From NCBI GenBank assembly GCA_900315775.1, contig ONAJ01000007.1, positions 15,606 through 79,605 on the forward strand: a stretch of 64,000 nt of DNA, read 5' to 3'. Source of the stretch: an uncultured Prevotella sp. GTDB lineage: Bacteria; Bacteroidota; Bacteroidia; Bacteroidales; Bacteroidaceae. The notes under the pieces are model-generated. The model ran no database searches, was not told where the DNA came from, and saw nothing but the letters and a program-made list of their open reading frames with translations. Shown here in pieces: positions 9,321 to 19,500 of this stretch. The first letter of the stretch is position 1; every line of letters begins with the position of its first letter. Position numbers and translations under genes: made by a program.

Positions 9321-10349
9321 AAAATAGTCGCTACTGACAAGAGTTTACTGGACGAAATAAGAAAGAAGATAGACAACCTTAACAAACCCAAGGGTTCGTT
9401 AGGACGTTTGGAGACGCTGGCGGAGCAGATTTGTCTTATACAACAGACGCTCGCACCAAAGCTCTGTAATCCGTGTCACCTGCTCTTCGGAAGCGATCAC
9501 GGAATAGAGCGCGAAGGGGTGAGTGTATCGCCTCGCGAGGTTACGTGGCAGCAGATGAAGAACTTCACACGTGGCGGAGGAGGCGTAAATATGTTTTGCA
9601 GACAACACGGCTTTCACCTATATATAATAGATGTGGGAGTTGACTACGACCTCACCGACGTGGAGGGTATCATTAACAGAAAGATAGCACGAGGCACGAA
9701 GAACTTCCTCTACGAGGCGGCGATGAGCGAGGAGGAGTACGAAAGGGCTCTCGCCGTAGGCAAGGAGATGGTGGACAACTGTCACAAGGAGGGATGTAAC
9801 ATAATCTGCATGGGAGAGATGGGTATAGGCAACACGTCGCCAAGCAGTATATGGATGCATCTGCTGGGGAATATTCCGTTGAAGGACTGCATCAGCGCTG
9901 GTGCAGGACTCAACGACGAGGGGGTGCGCCATAAATACGAGGTGCTGAAGAAGGCGGTAGAGAACTTCACGAAGTCGCCGTATAACACACACGACATGAT
10001 ACGCTACTTCGGCGGTTTCGAGATGGTGGCAGCGATAGGTGCTATGCTTCGTGCCGCAGAGTTGAAGATGGTGGTGATGATTGACGGATTTATCATGAGT
10101 GCCTGCGCTCTGGCTGCCTCATCGTTATATCCCGAGATGCTGGAATACTGCATCTTCGGACATTGTGGCGACGAGAACTACCACAAGCACATGCTACAGC
10201 TTATGAATGCGGAGCCGCTGCTCAGTCTGGGTTTCAGACTCGGTGAGGGAACGGGGGCGCTCTGCTCCTACCCCATCATTCAGAGTGCGGTAAATATGAT
10301 TAACGAAATGAATAATTTTGACAATGCAAATATCACTCGATACTTCTAA
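9312..10349 (+). CDS. cobT: Nicotinate-nucleotide--dimethylbenzimidazole phosphoribosyltransferase
   Basis: 345 aa. KPKGSLGRLETLAEQI...GEMGIGNTSPSS...GEGTGA. Confidence 0.9.
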   Translation: MNYKIVATDKSLLDEIRKKIDNLNKPKGSLGRLETLAEQICLIQQTLAPKLCNPCHLLFGSDHGIEREGVSVSPREVTWQQMKNFTRGGGGVNMFCRQHGFHLYIIDVGVDYDLTDVEGIINRKIARGTKNFLYEAAMSEEEYERALAVGKEMVDNCHKEGCNIICMGEMGIGNTSPSSIWMHLLGNIPLKDCISAGAGLNDEGVRHKYEVLKKAVENFTKSPYNTHDMIRYFGGFEMVAAIGAMLRAAELKMVVMIDGFIMSACALAASSLYPEMLEYCIFGHCGDENYHKHMLQLMNAEPLLSLGFRLGEGTGALCSYPIIQSAVNMINEMNNFDNANITRYF

Positions 10350-11124
10350 ATGGTGGCAGCGCATCTGGGCAGCACTGATATTCTTCACACGTCTGCCCTT
10401 CTGGCGAATATACCAACCGCCTCAGCAGTGCTACTCCACAGTAGTGGAACACTGGCCGCTGACAGGCTGGCTGACAGGTGGTGTTATGGCGCTGATAATA
10501 TGGTTCGGAAGTAGCATACTGCCCCACTCGCTGGTAATCCTTTGTGCTATACTGTCGCGAGTGCTCATCACGGGGGCTCTCCACGAAGACGGTCTTGCCG
10601 ACTTCTTCGACGGATTCGGCGGCGGAGGCAACGACAAGCAGCGTATCCTCGACATAATGAAGGACTCACGCATAGGAACCTATGGTGTCATAGCATTGAT
10701 ATTCTACTTCGCCCTGTTGTACGCTACACTATTTACGTTATCGTCACCAGGTCTTGCGGCTATAATCGTTCTGGGTGGCGACGCATACAGCAAGATGGTT
10801 GCCGGACAGATAATATCGTTCCTTCCCTATGCACGTACTGAAGAGACGAGCAAGGCACACACCATATACAGGAAATTCAGTGTCAAGACAGGCATCAGCT
10901 ACTTCCTTCAGGGAGTTATTCCCCTATTACCTTTATTATATATAAGCATAGTAGAGTACGATATTCAGTGGACCTACATCATCTTCGTACCTTGTCTGGT
11001 AATGTATCTCTTCTACCTGTTCCTCAACAGACGTATTCAGGGATATACTGGCGACTGCTGCGGAGCGCTGTTCCTGCTTGTGGAACTGAGTTTCTATATT
11101 ACCGTTAGTTGTCTGTTACGATAA
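10318..11124 (+). CDS. cobS: Adenosylcobinamide-GDP ribazoletransferase (cobalamin synthase)
   Basis: 268 aa polytopic protein. FFTRLPFW...GALHEDGLADFFDGFGGG. Overlaps the cobT end. Confidence 0.9.
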   Translation: MTMQISLDTSKWWQRIWAALIFFTRLPFWRIYQPPQQCYSTVVEHWPLTGWLTGGVMALIIWFGSSILPHSLVILCAILSRVLITGALHEDGLADFFDGFGGGGNDKQRILDIMKDSRIGTYGVIALIFYFALLYATLFTLSSPGLAAIIVLGGDAYSKMVAGQIISFLPYARTEETSKAHTIYRKFSVKTGISYFLQGVIPLLPLLYISIVEYDIQWTYIIFVPCLVMYLFYLFLNRRIQGYTGDCCGALFLLVELSFYITVSCLLR

Positions 11125-11139
11125 AGAGGAGTAAGGGCG

Positions 11140-11787
11140 ATGATAAGATATACGAAAAAAGAAGAGATAATAAACACGCTGTCGCACAGCGCAGGAATAC
11201 TGTTAGGCATCGTCGTCGGAATAATCTTTCTGGTGTGGTGTTTCAAGAGCGACAGCGACTGGGCACGTGTGGGTGTTATACTATATCTCTTCGGTATGCT
11301 TGCCAGCTATATCACCTCGACGGTCTATCACGCTCTGCCGCTAAGGACGAAGGCTAAGGAAATGTTGCGACGTTTCGACCACGCAGCAATATACTGGCAC
11401 ATAGCGGGCAGCTACTCGCCTATCACTCTCATTGCACTTCGCGAACAATGTTATTGGGGCTGGTCACTATTCTCCTTCGTGTGGCTCTGTGCCATCGTCG
11501 GCACCATAATAAGTTTCAAGCATCTTGAGGAGCACAGCAACGTAGAAACATTCTGTTTCATCGGTATGGGACTATCCATACTCATTGCCTTCAAGCCACT
11601 TGTTGACAGCGTCAGCACAGCAGCCTTTATATGGATTATTGCTGAGGGTGTGAGCTACATCACCGGTGCAGCCTTCTACACTATGAACAAGCGACGCTAT
11701 ATGCACTCCGTATTCCACTTCTTCGTGCTTGCTGGCTCCATATGCCACATCGTTGCCGTGTGGGACATTCTTATGGAGTACATATAG
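11140..11787 (+). CDS. Hemolysin III / PAQR family membrane protein
   Basis: 215 aa with 7 predicted TM segments. NTLSHSAG...YHAL...FDHAAIYWHIAGSYSP...HSVFHFFVLAGSICH. Confidence 0.8.
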   Translation: MIRYTKKEEIINTLSHSAGILLGIVVGIIFLVWCFKSDSDWARVGVILYLFGMLASYITSTVYHALPLRTKAKEMLRRFDHAAIYWHIAGSYSPITLIALREQCYWGWSLFSFVWLCAIVGTIISFKHLEEHSNVETFCFIGMGLSILIAFKPLVDSVSTAAFIWIIAEGVSYITGAAFYTMNKRRYMHSVFHFFVLAGSICHIVAVWDILMEYI

Positions 11788-11796
11788 ACGACCTGT

Positions 11797-12339
11797 TTAC
11801 TGCTTCTGGATAATCTTCTTTCCTTCAGCTATAGCCTGCATGTTCAGCGGGATGAGTGCATGATGGCGCTCTGGGAGAGTCTTGAACAACGCCTTCTCCA
11901 CACCGTTCTCGCTTACCACAGGAGCCACTTGGAGCAGTCCGCCGAGGATAATCATATTGAACACCTTAGCATTCTTCATTGCTGCCGCCTTGTCCATAGC
12001 GTCGATACGATAAATCTCGATGTCGGTGCGCTTAGGAGGATTGATAATGCCGAAGCCGTCATATATCAATATTCCGCCGGGCTTTATCTTCGACTCGAAC
12101 TTATCCAGTGAAGGCTGGTTAAGCACAACAGCGATGTCGTACTTGCTAAGTATTGGCGACGAGATACGAGTGTCGCTGACGATGACTGTTACGTTGGCTG
12201 TTCCACCACGCTGTTCCGGACCATATGCAGGCATCCACGTCACCTCTTTGTCTTCCATAAGACCGCTATAGGCGAGAATCTTTCCCATAGAGAGGACTCC
12301 TTGTCCGCCAAATCCAGATATTATTATTTCCTTTTTCAT
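11797..12339 (-). CDS. 2-oxoacid:ferredoxin oxidoreductase, gamma subunit
   Basis: 180 aa. IIISGFGGQGVLSMGKILA...PAYGPEQRGGTA. Confidence 0.85.
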   Translation of the reverse strand: MKKEIIISGFGGQGVLSMGKILAYSGLMEDKEVTWMPAYGPEQRGGTANVTVIVSDTRISSPILSKYDIAVVLNQPSLDKFESKIKPGGILIYDGFGIINPPKRTDIEIYRIDAMDKAAAMKNAKVFNMIILGGLLQVAPVVSENGVEKALFKTLPERHHALIPLNMQAIAEGKKIIQKQ

Positions 12340-12350
12340 CTTACTTATTG

Positions 12351-12369
12351 GTTGCAGCGGAGCTGCAAC
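12351..12369 (-). other. Intercistronic perfect 8-bp stem hairpin (GTTGCAGC-GGA-GCTGCAAC)
   Basis: Seen between the beta and gamma subunit genes. Possible mRNA processing or stability element. Confidence 0.5.
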
Positions 12370-12375
12370 GTACTT

Positions 12376-12417
12376 CTAAACACTAACTCTTAACTCTAAA
12401 CTCTAAACTCTAAACTA
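12376..12417. repeat. Heptamer array (TAAACTC-like)x6; GAGTTTA on the coding strand
   Basis: The stop TAG of the beta subunit gene (12417-12415) lies inside the last unit. Confidence 0.9.
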
Positions 12418-13179
12418 AAGGCTCGTAGTATCCTTTAAATCTCCCTGAGGGTAGAACGGGAACATATTCTCGTTCATCCACTTGTTAGCCTCCTGCGGTG
12501 TTAGTTTCCAGCCGCTATTACATGTTGAGGTAATCTCCACGAGAGAGCTACCCTTTCCAGCCATAGAAGCCTCGAAAGCTTTACGCAGCGCCTTCTTCGC
12601 CTTGTTGATGTGGGCAACGGTGTCAACACTCTGACGAGTTACATAGCATGTACCCTCCAGCTGTGCTGCTATCTCGGGCATCTTCAGCGGATATCCGTGA
12701 AGTTCAGGCACACGTCCGTAGGGACACGTAGCAGTCTTCTGACCCAAAAGTGTTGTAGGCGCCATCTGACCACCCGTCATACCGTATATAGCATTGTTCA
12801 CAAAGACGATGACGATGTTCTCACCACGATTCAAAGCGTGGATTGTCTCACAAGTACCGATACAAGCGAGGTCGCCGTCACCCTGATAGGTGAACACCAT
12901 ACGGTCCGGCCACAGACGCTTTATCGCTGTAGCTACTGCTGGAGCACGTCCGTGAGCAGCCTCCTGCCAGTCTATGTCGAGATATCTGTATGCGAAGACG
13001 GCACATCCCACAGGAGAAACGCCAACGGTCTTGTCCTCCATACCCATTTCCTCTATAACCTCAGCAATGAGTTTATGTACTACACCATGCGAACAACCTG
13101 GACAGTAGTGCATGGGCACGTCGTTCATAAGGGTTGGTTTCTTATAAACCAAATTCTCTGGACTCTTTATATTGCTCAT
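12415..13179 (-). CDS. 2-oxoacid:ferredoxin oxidoreductase, beta (ThDP-binding) subunit
   Basis: 254 aa. HYCPGCSHG...YQGDGDLACIG... Confidence 0.9.
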   Translation of the reverse strand: MSNIKSPENLVYKKPTLMNDVPMHYCPGCSHGVVHKLIAEVIEEMGMEDKTVGVSPVGCAVFAYRYLDIDWQEAAHGRAPAVATAIKRLWPDRMVFTYQGDGDLACIGTCETIHALNRGENIVIVFVNNAIYGMTGGQMAPTTLLGQKTATCPYGRVPELHGYPLKMPEIAAQLEGTCYVTRQSVDTVAHINKAKKALRKAFEASMAGKGSSLVEITSTCNSGWKLTPQEANKWMNENMFPFYPQGDLKDTTSL

Positions 13180-14258
13180 AGTAGTTTCTCCTTTAATGCG
13201 TTTACAATTTCTTCTGGTTCCGGAACAATACCTCCGAGACGTCCGAAGTACTCTACCGGCAGGGCTCCGTTGATAGCCAGTCTGACGTCCTCGACCATCT
13301 GTCCTGCATTTATCTCTGCCACGAGGATGCCCTTCTTTCCGCGAGCCATCTCGGCAATCTGCTTTGACGGGAACGGCCAGAGTGTTATAGGACGGAAGAG
13401 TCCCACCTTAAGACCTTCCTCGCGAGCAAGTTCTATAGCCTTTTCCGAGATACGTGCTGCCGATCCGAAGCTTACTATTATGTAGTCTGCGTCGTCACAC
13501 TGCTGTGTCTCGTAGCGCACCTCGTTATCACGAATCTGCTGGTATTTCTCCTGCAGGTGAATATTGCGCTGTTCCATAATCTCAGGTTTCAGTTCCAAAG
13601 ATGTTATGACGTTAGGCTGACGGTCCTTTGTCCTTCCGAAAGAAGCCCAAGGACACTGCTGACGTATCTCCTCTTCGGTGCGACGGGGTTTGTATGGAGG
13701 CAGAACAATCTTCTCCATCATCTGTCCTATCACTCCGTCGGAAAGAATCATTGCAGGGTTTCTGTATTTGAAAGCCAGTTCGAAGGCGAGGTCAACGAAG
13801 TCAGCCATCTCCTGCACCGAAGCTGGTGCCAACGTGATGACGTAGTAGTCGCCATTACCTCCACCTCGTGTTGCCTGGAAGTAGTCCGCCTGTGAGGGTT
13901 GTATTGTTCCCAGTCCGGGACCTCCGCGCTGTACGTTGACGAAGACTCCAGGCAGCTCGGCGCCAGCGAGGTATGCTATACCCTCCTGCATCAGTGCCAC
14001 ACCAGGACTCGACGATGATGTCATCACCTTCTTTCCTGCTCCTGCTCCGCCATAAACCATATTTATTGACGCAACCTCACTCTCTGCCTGCAGGACCACC
14101 ATTCCTGTGGTCTCCCAGGGTTTCAGTTCGGCAAGTGTTTCTATTACCTCACTTTGTGGAGTAATAGGATAACCGAAATAGCCATCACATCCGCAACGTA
14201 TTGCTGCGTGTGCAATAGCCTCGTTACCTTTCATAAGGGTTACTTCTCTTTCTGCCAT
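13176..14258 (-). CDS. 2-oxoacid:ferredoxin oxidoreductase, alpha subunit
   Basis: 360 aa. MKGNEAIAHAAIRCGCDGYFGYPITPQSE. 4-nt ATGA overlap with the beta subunit gene. Confidence 0.9.
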   Translation of the reverse strand: MAEREVTLMKGNEAIAHAAIRCGCDGYFGYPITPQSEVIETLAELKPWETTGMVVLQAESEVASINMVYGGAGAGKKVMTSSSSPGVALMQEGIAYLAGAELPGVFVNVQRGGPGLGTIQPSQADYFQATRGGGNGDYYVITLAPASVQEMADFVDLAFELAFKYRNPAMILSDGVIGQMMEKIVLPPYKPRRTEEEIRQQCPWASFGRTKDRQPNVITSLELKPEIMEQRNIHLQEKYQQIRDNEVRYETQQCDDADYIIVSFGSAARISEKAIELAREEGLKVGLFRPITLWPFPSKQIAEMARGKKGILVAEINAGQMVEDVRLAINGALPVEYFGRLGGIVPEPEEIVNALKEKLL

Positions 14259-14263
14259 AATTA

Positions 14264-14491
14264 TTACTCCTTCATTCTATAAACCGTTATACACCCGTCA
14301 GGACATACTATAGCACATGAAGCGCAGCCGATACAGTCCTCTTCTCTTACCGGCTCCACGTACGGATATCCGTGAACATTAACTTTCTTAGCAGCCAATT
14401 CTATCACCTGTTTAGGACAGGCGATGGCACAGAGGGAACAGCCCTTGCATCGTTCTGTGTTTACCTCTATAGCACCTTTGATTTTCGCCAT
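14264..14491 (-). CDS. 4Fe-4S dicluster ferredoxin-type delta subunit
   Basis: 75 aa with two CxxCxxCxxxCP motifs (CKGCSLCAIACP, CIGCASCAIVCP). Confidence 0.9.
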   Translation of the reverse strand: MAKIKGAIEVNTERCKGCSLCAIACPKQVIELAAKKVNVHGYPYVEPVREEDCIGCASCAIVCPDGCITVYRMKE

Positions 14492-14518
14492 ATTTTTTTG
14501 TTTTTTGTATGTTTCGTT

Positions 14519-14722
14519 TCAAGGATTATACATATCCTTACAATAGAAGTTCATTATGTCGTCGAGCATCTTCTTTGCCTCTACAGCAGGACTTTCGGGG
14601 TCGAGGGCTATCGCTTCGAGGTAGCAGTTCATTGCCTGTTGGAAGTCACCCTGTCGTCTGTATTCGTTGCCCTGTTTGTAATACTCTTCGCTATTCATAA
14701 TATTCCTTTTTGCCCGCTGCAA
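14519..14722 (-). CDS. Small TPR-like protein
   Basis: 67 aa. [29 protein letters not shown] is a single TPR motif. The start could instead be the Met at 14698. Confidence 0.6.
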   Translation of the reverse strand: MQRAKRNIMNSEEYYKQGNEYRRQGDFQQAMNCYLEAIALDPESPAVEAKKMLDDIMNFYCKDMYNP

Positions 14723-15569
14723 GAGTATTCTTCATCAGCGAGCATATTGTCATTGGTCCCACACCTCCTGGAACGGGAGTTATGAAGGAGCACTTCGGTG
14801 CCACCTCTTCAAACTTCACGTCGCCGTTGAGTCGGAACCCGCTCTTGCGTGCCAGATCGGGCACTCTTGTAGTACCCACATCAACAATCACGGCGCCTTC
14901 TTTCACCATATCGGCAGTTACGAAGTCGGGCTGTCCTATGGCAGCTATTATGATGTCTGCCTCGCGACATTCCTCTTTCAGCGTTTTCGAGCGACTGTGA
15001 CACACCGTCACCGTTGCGTCTCCATATTGTTTCTGCATCATCAGCTGTGCCATAGGCTTACCGACGATATTGCTTCGTCCTAAGATGACACACTTCTTTC
15101 CGCTTGTCTCTATGCCGTAGCGTTTCAGAAGAGTTATGATGCCTAAGGGAGTTGCAGATATAAAACAAGGCAATCCTATCGCCATTCTTCCTACGTTTAT
15201 CGGGTGGAACCCGTCAACGTCCTTACGATAATCAATTGCCTCTATCACTTTCTGTTCGTTGATATGTTTCGGTAGCGGCAGCTGCACTATGAATCCGTCA
15301 ACATCATCGTCGTCGTTAAGTTTCGCTACGCACTCCAGCAGTTCTTTCTCCGTAATGTCGTCCTCATAGCGTATCAGCGTTGACTTAAAGCCACAGGCCT
15401 CGCATGCCAGCACCTTGTTGCGTACGTAGGTCTCGCTACCTCCGTCGTGACCCACGAGAATTGCTGCCAGATGAGGGCGTTTTCCTCCGCTCTCGACAAT
15501 CTTCTTCACTTCTTCTGCGATTTCAGCCTTTATCGCTGTCGCCGTCGCCTTTCCGTCTATCAGTGTCAT
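14691..15569 (-). CDS. folD: Bifunctional methylenetetrahydrofolate dehydrogenase/cyclohydrolase
   Basis: 292 aa. LIDGKATA...ILVG...YVRNK...GRSNIVGKP...[10 protein letters not shown]. Confidence 0.95.
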   Translation of the reverse strand: MTLIDGKATATAIKAEIAEEVKKIVESGGKRPHLAAILVGHDGGSETYVRNKVLACEACGFKSTLIRYEDDITEKELLECVAKLNDDDDVDGFIVQLPLPKHINEQKVIEAIDYRKDVDGFHPINVGRMAIGLPCFISATPLGIITLLKRYGIETSGKKCVILGRSNIVGKPMAQLMMQKQYGDATVTVCHSRSKTLKEECREADIIIAAIGQPDFVTADMVKEGAVIVDVGTTRVPDLARKSGFRLNGDVKFEEVAPKCSFITPVPGGVGPMTICSLMKNTLAAGKKEYYE

Positions 15570-15591
15570 CTTAACAAGAAACTATTAACTA

Positions 15592-16929
15592 TCAACCCAT
15601 TTTGGGCATTCCTTTCATCATGCCCATCATATTCTTCATACCGCCGCTGGTAACCATCTTCATCATCTTTCGGGTCTGGTCGAACTGCTTTATCAGTCGG
15701 TTCACCTCCTGGATGTTCGTTCCGCTACCCTTTGCTATGCGTTGTCTGCGACTTGTATTCAGTATTTCGGGGTTCGAGCGCTCTTTTGGAGTCATACTCT
15801 GTATTATTGCTTCTATACCCTTGAAGGCATTGTCGTCGATATCCACATCTTTCAGCGCCTTGCCTACTCCAGGAATCATTGCTGCCAAGTCCTTCAGGTT
15901 ACCCATTTTCTTTATTTGGTTTATCTGTCCGAGGAAGTCATTGAAGTCGAACTTGTTCTTCATGATCTTCTTCTGCAGGCGTCGTGCCTCCTCTTCGTCG
16001 TACTGTTCCTGGGCGCGTTCTACAAGACTTACAACGTCACCCATTCCGAGGATACGGTCAGCCATTCGTGATGGGTGGAACACGTCGATTGCCTCCATCT
16101 TCTCGCCTGTACCTATAAACTTGATAGGCTTTGTAACCACAGTGCGTATTGAGAGTGCGGCACCACCGCGTGTATCACCGTCGAGTTTTGTCAGCACCAC
16201 TCCGTCGAAGTCCAGTCTGTCGTTAAACTCCTTTGCGGTGTTTACTGCGTCCTGACCAGTCATTGAGTCCACAACGAAGAGTGTCTCGTCGGGGTTGACA
16301 GCGTTTTTCAGCGTCTCTATCTCGTTCATCATCTGCTCATCGACAGCCAATCGACCAGCGGTATCGATGATGACTACATCGTGGCTCTTTGCCCTTGCCT
16401 CGCGGATAGCGTTGTTAGCTATCTCCACGACGTTCATATTGCCTTCTTCGCTATATACTGGCACACCGATTTGCTCTGCCACAACCTTCAGCTGTTGTAT
16501 AGCAGCAGGACGATAGACGTCGCACGCTACCAGCAGCGGGTTCTTGTGCTGTTTATTTTTCAGCATGTTAGCCAGCTTTCCTGAGAACGTCGTCTTACCA
16601 GAACCTTGGAGTCCCGACATAAGTATTATGGCGGGTTTGTTCTCCATCTTTATTGGCACAGCATCGCCGCCCATGAGTGTTGCCAGTTCGTCGTGAACCA
16701 GTTTCACCATCAGCTGTCCAGGTTTTATGGCTGTGAGCACGTTCATACCCATAGCCTTCTCCTTCACTGTGTCTGTAAATGTTTTGGCTACCTTATAGTT
16801 TACGTCGGCATCAAGCAGCGCCCTGCGCACATCTTTCAGTGTTTCTGCGACGTTGATTTCGGTTATCTTACCTTCTCCTTTTAGTATCTTGAACGACCGT
16901 TCAAGTCTGTCACTTAAATTCTCAAACAT
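15592..16929 (-). CDS. ffh: Signal recognition particle protein
   Basis: 445 aa. GLQGSGKTT, DTAGR, TKLDGD and a Met-rich C-terminus. Confidence 0.95.
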   Translation of the reverse strand: MFENLSDRLERSFKILKGEGKITEINVAETLKDVRRALLDADVNYKVAKTFTDTVKEKAMGMNVLTAIKPGQLMVKLVHDELATLMGGDAVPIKMENKPAIILMSGLQGSGKTTFSGKLANMLKNKQHKNPLLVACDVYRPAAIQQLKVVAEQIGVPVYSEEGNMNVVEIANNAIREARAKSHDVVIIDTAGRLAVDEQMMNEIETLKNAVNPDETLFVVDSMTGQDAVNTAKEFNDRLDFDGVVLTKLDGDTRGGAALSIRTVVTKPIKFIGTGEKMEAIDVFHPSRMADRILGMGDVVSLVERAQEQYDEEEARRLQKKIMKNKFDFNDFLGQINQIKKMGNLKDLAAMIPGVGKALKDVDIDDNAFKGIEAIIQSMTPKERSNPEILNTSRRQRIAKGSGTNIQEVNRLIKQFDQTRKMMKMVTSGGMKNMMGMMKGMPKMG

Positions 16930-16964
16930 ATATCTTATTTACTGCAATAAATTCTTTTGTGCTG

Positions 16965-16972
16965 CAAAGGTA
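16965..16972 (-). promoter_or_regulatory. -7 box TACCTTTG upstream of ffh
   Basis: TAnnTTTG match 35 nt upstream of the ATG. Confidence 0.45.
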
Positions 16973-17051
16973 CAAATAAATGAATGAAAAGCAAAAAAGA
17001 TTTTGATTTTTTTCAAGCGGAAGTGTCTTATTTCATTACTGATTACACCCA

Positions 17052-17537
17052 TTAATAATTCTCCAGTGCCTCCCTCGCTTTCTTCCCCATTTTCTTGCGC
17101 TTTCTATCTTTGGGACGCAGCAGGGAAATGAAGTCGCGACCAGAAGGTTTCACACCCGTAGCTATAGCTTCTTTTTGGATGGACCTTCCTACCTGGGAAT
17201 TTATTTTGGGAGCCTCTGCTGTTACAACGACTTCGCTGAGAGTGTGACAGGTGGGGATAAGGAAAATAGTATCTACGTTCATTTCGCTGCCATACATCAC
17301 TCGCGTCAGATAGTCAGGATGGGAAAAGGTAGCACGTTTGAACTTGTTGTGGTAGAGCACAAACTTTCCGTGCCAGTCGATTCTCACGTTGTTGCCGTTG
17401 TCAAGACAAACCAGTACGTCACGAATGGGACGGTGAGTTTCCATATCGGCAACAACTATCACCTTCCCTTTTGACTGTGCCGACACCCGAAACGTTGCCA
17501 ACAACAATACTGTCAGAAACAAAAAACGCTTACACAT
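17052..17537 (-). CDS. Hypothetical exported protein with a lysine-rich tail
   Basis: Start re-set to MCKRFLFLTVLLLATFRVSAQ (signal peptide). A -7 box sits 7 nt upstream. No confident family assignment. Confidence 0.6.
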   Translation of the reverse strand: MCKRFLFLTVLLLATFRVSAQSKGKVIVVADMETHRPIRDVLVCLDNGNNVRIDWHGKFVLYHNKFKRATFSHPDYLTRVMYGSEMNVDTIFLIPTCHTLSEVVVTAEAPKINSQVGRSIQKEAIATGVKPSGRDFISLLRPKDRKRKKMGKKAREALENY

Positions 17538-17544
17538 TCGCAGG

Positions 17545-17552
17545 CAAAGATA
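17545..17552 (-). promoter_or_regulatory. -7 box TATCTTTG
   Basis: TAnnTTTG match 7 nt upstream of ATG 17537. Confidence 0.4.
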
Positions 17553-17621
17553 CAAGGTTTCGCATTCCCTTGTATCATTTGCCTGCATACTTTAGTTTAA
17601 GTTTATCTATTTTTGATAATT

Positions 17622-18491
17622 TTAGAGGTCGCTCTCTCTTACGTTGAACGTCGTCACACTCATGTCGCCAGTTTCGAGTCCCTTCTTGAGCCACTTCATA
17701 CGTTGTTTCGACGTTCCGTGGGTGAATGTCTCCGGCTGTGAATATCCGCGGGCTTTCTCTTGCAAGTAGTTGTCACCGATAACCTGTGCGCAACGTATTG
17801 CCTCCTCAATGTCACCCTCTTCTAACGAGCCGAACATAGCGTTGTCGTGGTGTGCCCATACGCCAGCATAGTAGTCGGCGAGCAACTCCAGTCGTACGCT
17901 AATCTTGTTTGCCTCCGTCTGGTTGGTGCGTCCCATAGCCTCGTGAGCTTGGTCAAGTATTCCGAGAAGGTATTCCACGTGGTGTCCCACCTCGTGGGCT
18001 ATGACGTAGGCATAGGCGAAGTCACCATCGGCACCTAACTGTTTCTTCATCGTTGTGAAGAACGACAGGTCGATGTACAGCGACTGGTCTGCCGAGCAGT
18101 AGAACGGTCCTACCTGTGCACTTCCCTGTCCGCAGCCTGTCTGTACGCTACCGGTGTAGAGCACCATCTTCGGTGGACGGTATGTGCGTCCCATTTCCTG
18201 GAATACCTTTGTCCATACGTCCTCCGTTCCTGCCAGTATCTGACTTGAGAATTTCGCCAGTTCCTGTTCCTCCTGAGTAAATTCTCTGTCGCCCTGTTCT
18301 GTGACGTTCTGACTTTGGTTCATCATCTGCGAACCAACGTTCTGTACTACGTCGCCCAGATTTCCTCCTGTCATGAAGGTAATAAGTGCTATGATGACAA
18401 TACCGCCCAGTCCGAGTCCTGCTTTCGCTCCACCCGTCATGCGTCTGCGATCGTCAACATTATTGCTCTCTCTTCTTCCGTCTAACCTCAT
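17622..18491 (-). CDS. YpfJ-like neutral zinc metallopeptidase (membrane-anchored)
   Basis: 289 aa. N-terminal TM segment, HEVGHH zinc motif, GPFYCSADQSLYIDLSFF. Confidence 0.8.
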   Translation of the reverse strand: MRLDGRRESNNVDDRRRMTGGAKAGLGLGGIVIIALITFMTGGNLGDVVQNVGSQMMNQSQNVTEQGDREFTQEEQELAKFSSQILAGTEDVWTKVFQEMGRTYRPPKMVLYTGSVQTGCGQGSAQVGPFYCSADQSLYIDLSFFTTMKKQLGADGDFAYAYVIAHEVGHHVEYLLGILDQAHEAMGRTNQTEANKISVRLELLADYYAGVWAHHDNAMFGSLEEGDIEEAIRCAQVIGDNYLQEKARGYSQPETFTHGTSKQRMKWLKKGLETGDMSVTTFNVRESDL

Positions 18492-18497
18492 AGCTGT

Positions 18498-19490
18498 TTA
18501 TTTTTTTATTACTTTCTTTCCGTTAACCACTACAATGCCTTTGTAGTCAGCACCAACCTTCTGACCAGCGAGATTATAGTAATCAGAATTATCAATTCTC
18601 AACTCTCCATTCTCAATTGAAAGTATTCCATCCACAATTTCTCCTTCATCGTAGTGGTCGTAGCTGAAGGCTTGGTCTTTCTTTGTACCCCAGATATACT
18701 GTTCCAGTCCTGGGTAGTCAACGAAGGGGTTGCGGTTGCCTTGATGATTATAAACAGCAATGTTGCGTGCAGTCTCTATCGCATCGACAGGGTCTTCCTC
18801 AGCCCAACGCAGGAACATATTAAGGGTCCACGTTGTAAGTCCCGGATATTTATTACCAGCAAAGACGTGTGAAGCCTCTGCGTTAGACGACCACGAACTT
18901 ATCTGGTTCTCGTAACATGTTGTCATATAAAAGTATATTCGTGCCAGGTCGCCCTTGATGTCGTCACCTGGTTCAAACACTGTTCCTCCGTAGCCTTCTG
19001 TCTTACACTGTCCCAGTTTACAGTAGTCACTGTTTGATGTGTATGTAGGATTTTTTACCTCGCCGAAAGGATAATTACCACGTCGGTTATTAACGTATGA
19101 ATCAGTAGGCACCACATGGTGTCCGTCGCTCTTCATCGGACTCGACTTGCTGAACCAGCTCTGTGGTATAGTATGTTCACGATTGTAGCTGTCACCTTCT
19201 TTTTTATAGGAATGATTTTCTGCTGGACCGTGTATTACATAGTTTGTGGTCTTTGAATACCAGTCACGCAACTTTCCGTCCTCACGTCTGTCCGATGTTT
19301 CATACATTGCCATTAGGGCATCGTAACCAGGATTTGAACTCTTATAAATTATTCCACAGAGAGCAGTCTTCAGTGCCTGTCCTTTCTTTCCGTCTGCATT
19401 TTTGTAGTACGTTCCGCTGTTGTTAGGTCCTTGTGCTTGGATTGTTGTCACAGCTATCACAGCCATAACTGTTGTTAGTAGTTTTTTCAT
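18498..19490 (-). CDS. Endonuclease I family extracellular nuclease with T9SS C-terminal sorting domain
   Basis: 330 aa with a signal peptide. NREHTIPQSWF, HHVVPTDSYVNNRRGNYPFGEV, GDLARIYFYM, NRNPFVDYPGLEQYIW. C-terminus YYNLAGQKVGADYKGIVVVNGKKVIKK. Confidence 0.85.
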   Translation of the reverse strand: MKKLLTTVMAVIAVTTIQAQGPNNSGTYYKNADGKKGQALKTALCGIIYKSSNPGYDALMAMYETSDRREDGKLRDWYSKTTNYVIHGPAENHSYKKEGDSYNREHTIPQSWFSKSSPMKSDGHHVVPTDSYVNNRRGNYPFGEVKNPTYTSNSDYCKLGQCKTEGYGGTVFEPGDDIKGDLARIYFYMTTCYENQISSWSSNAEASHVFAGNKYPGLTTWTLNMFLRWAEEDPVDAIETARNIAVYNHQGNRNPFVDYPGLEQYIWGTKKDQAFSYDHYDEGEIVDGILSIENGELRIDNSDYYNLAGQKVGADYKGIVVVNGKKVIKK

Positions 19491-19500
19491 GATTTAGGTT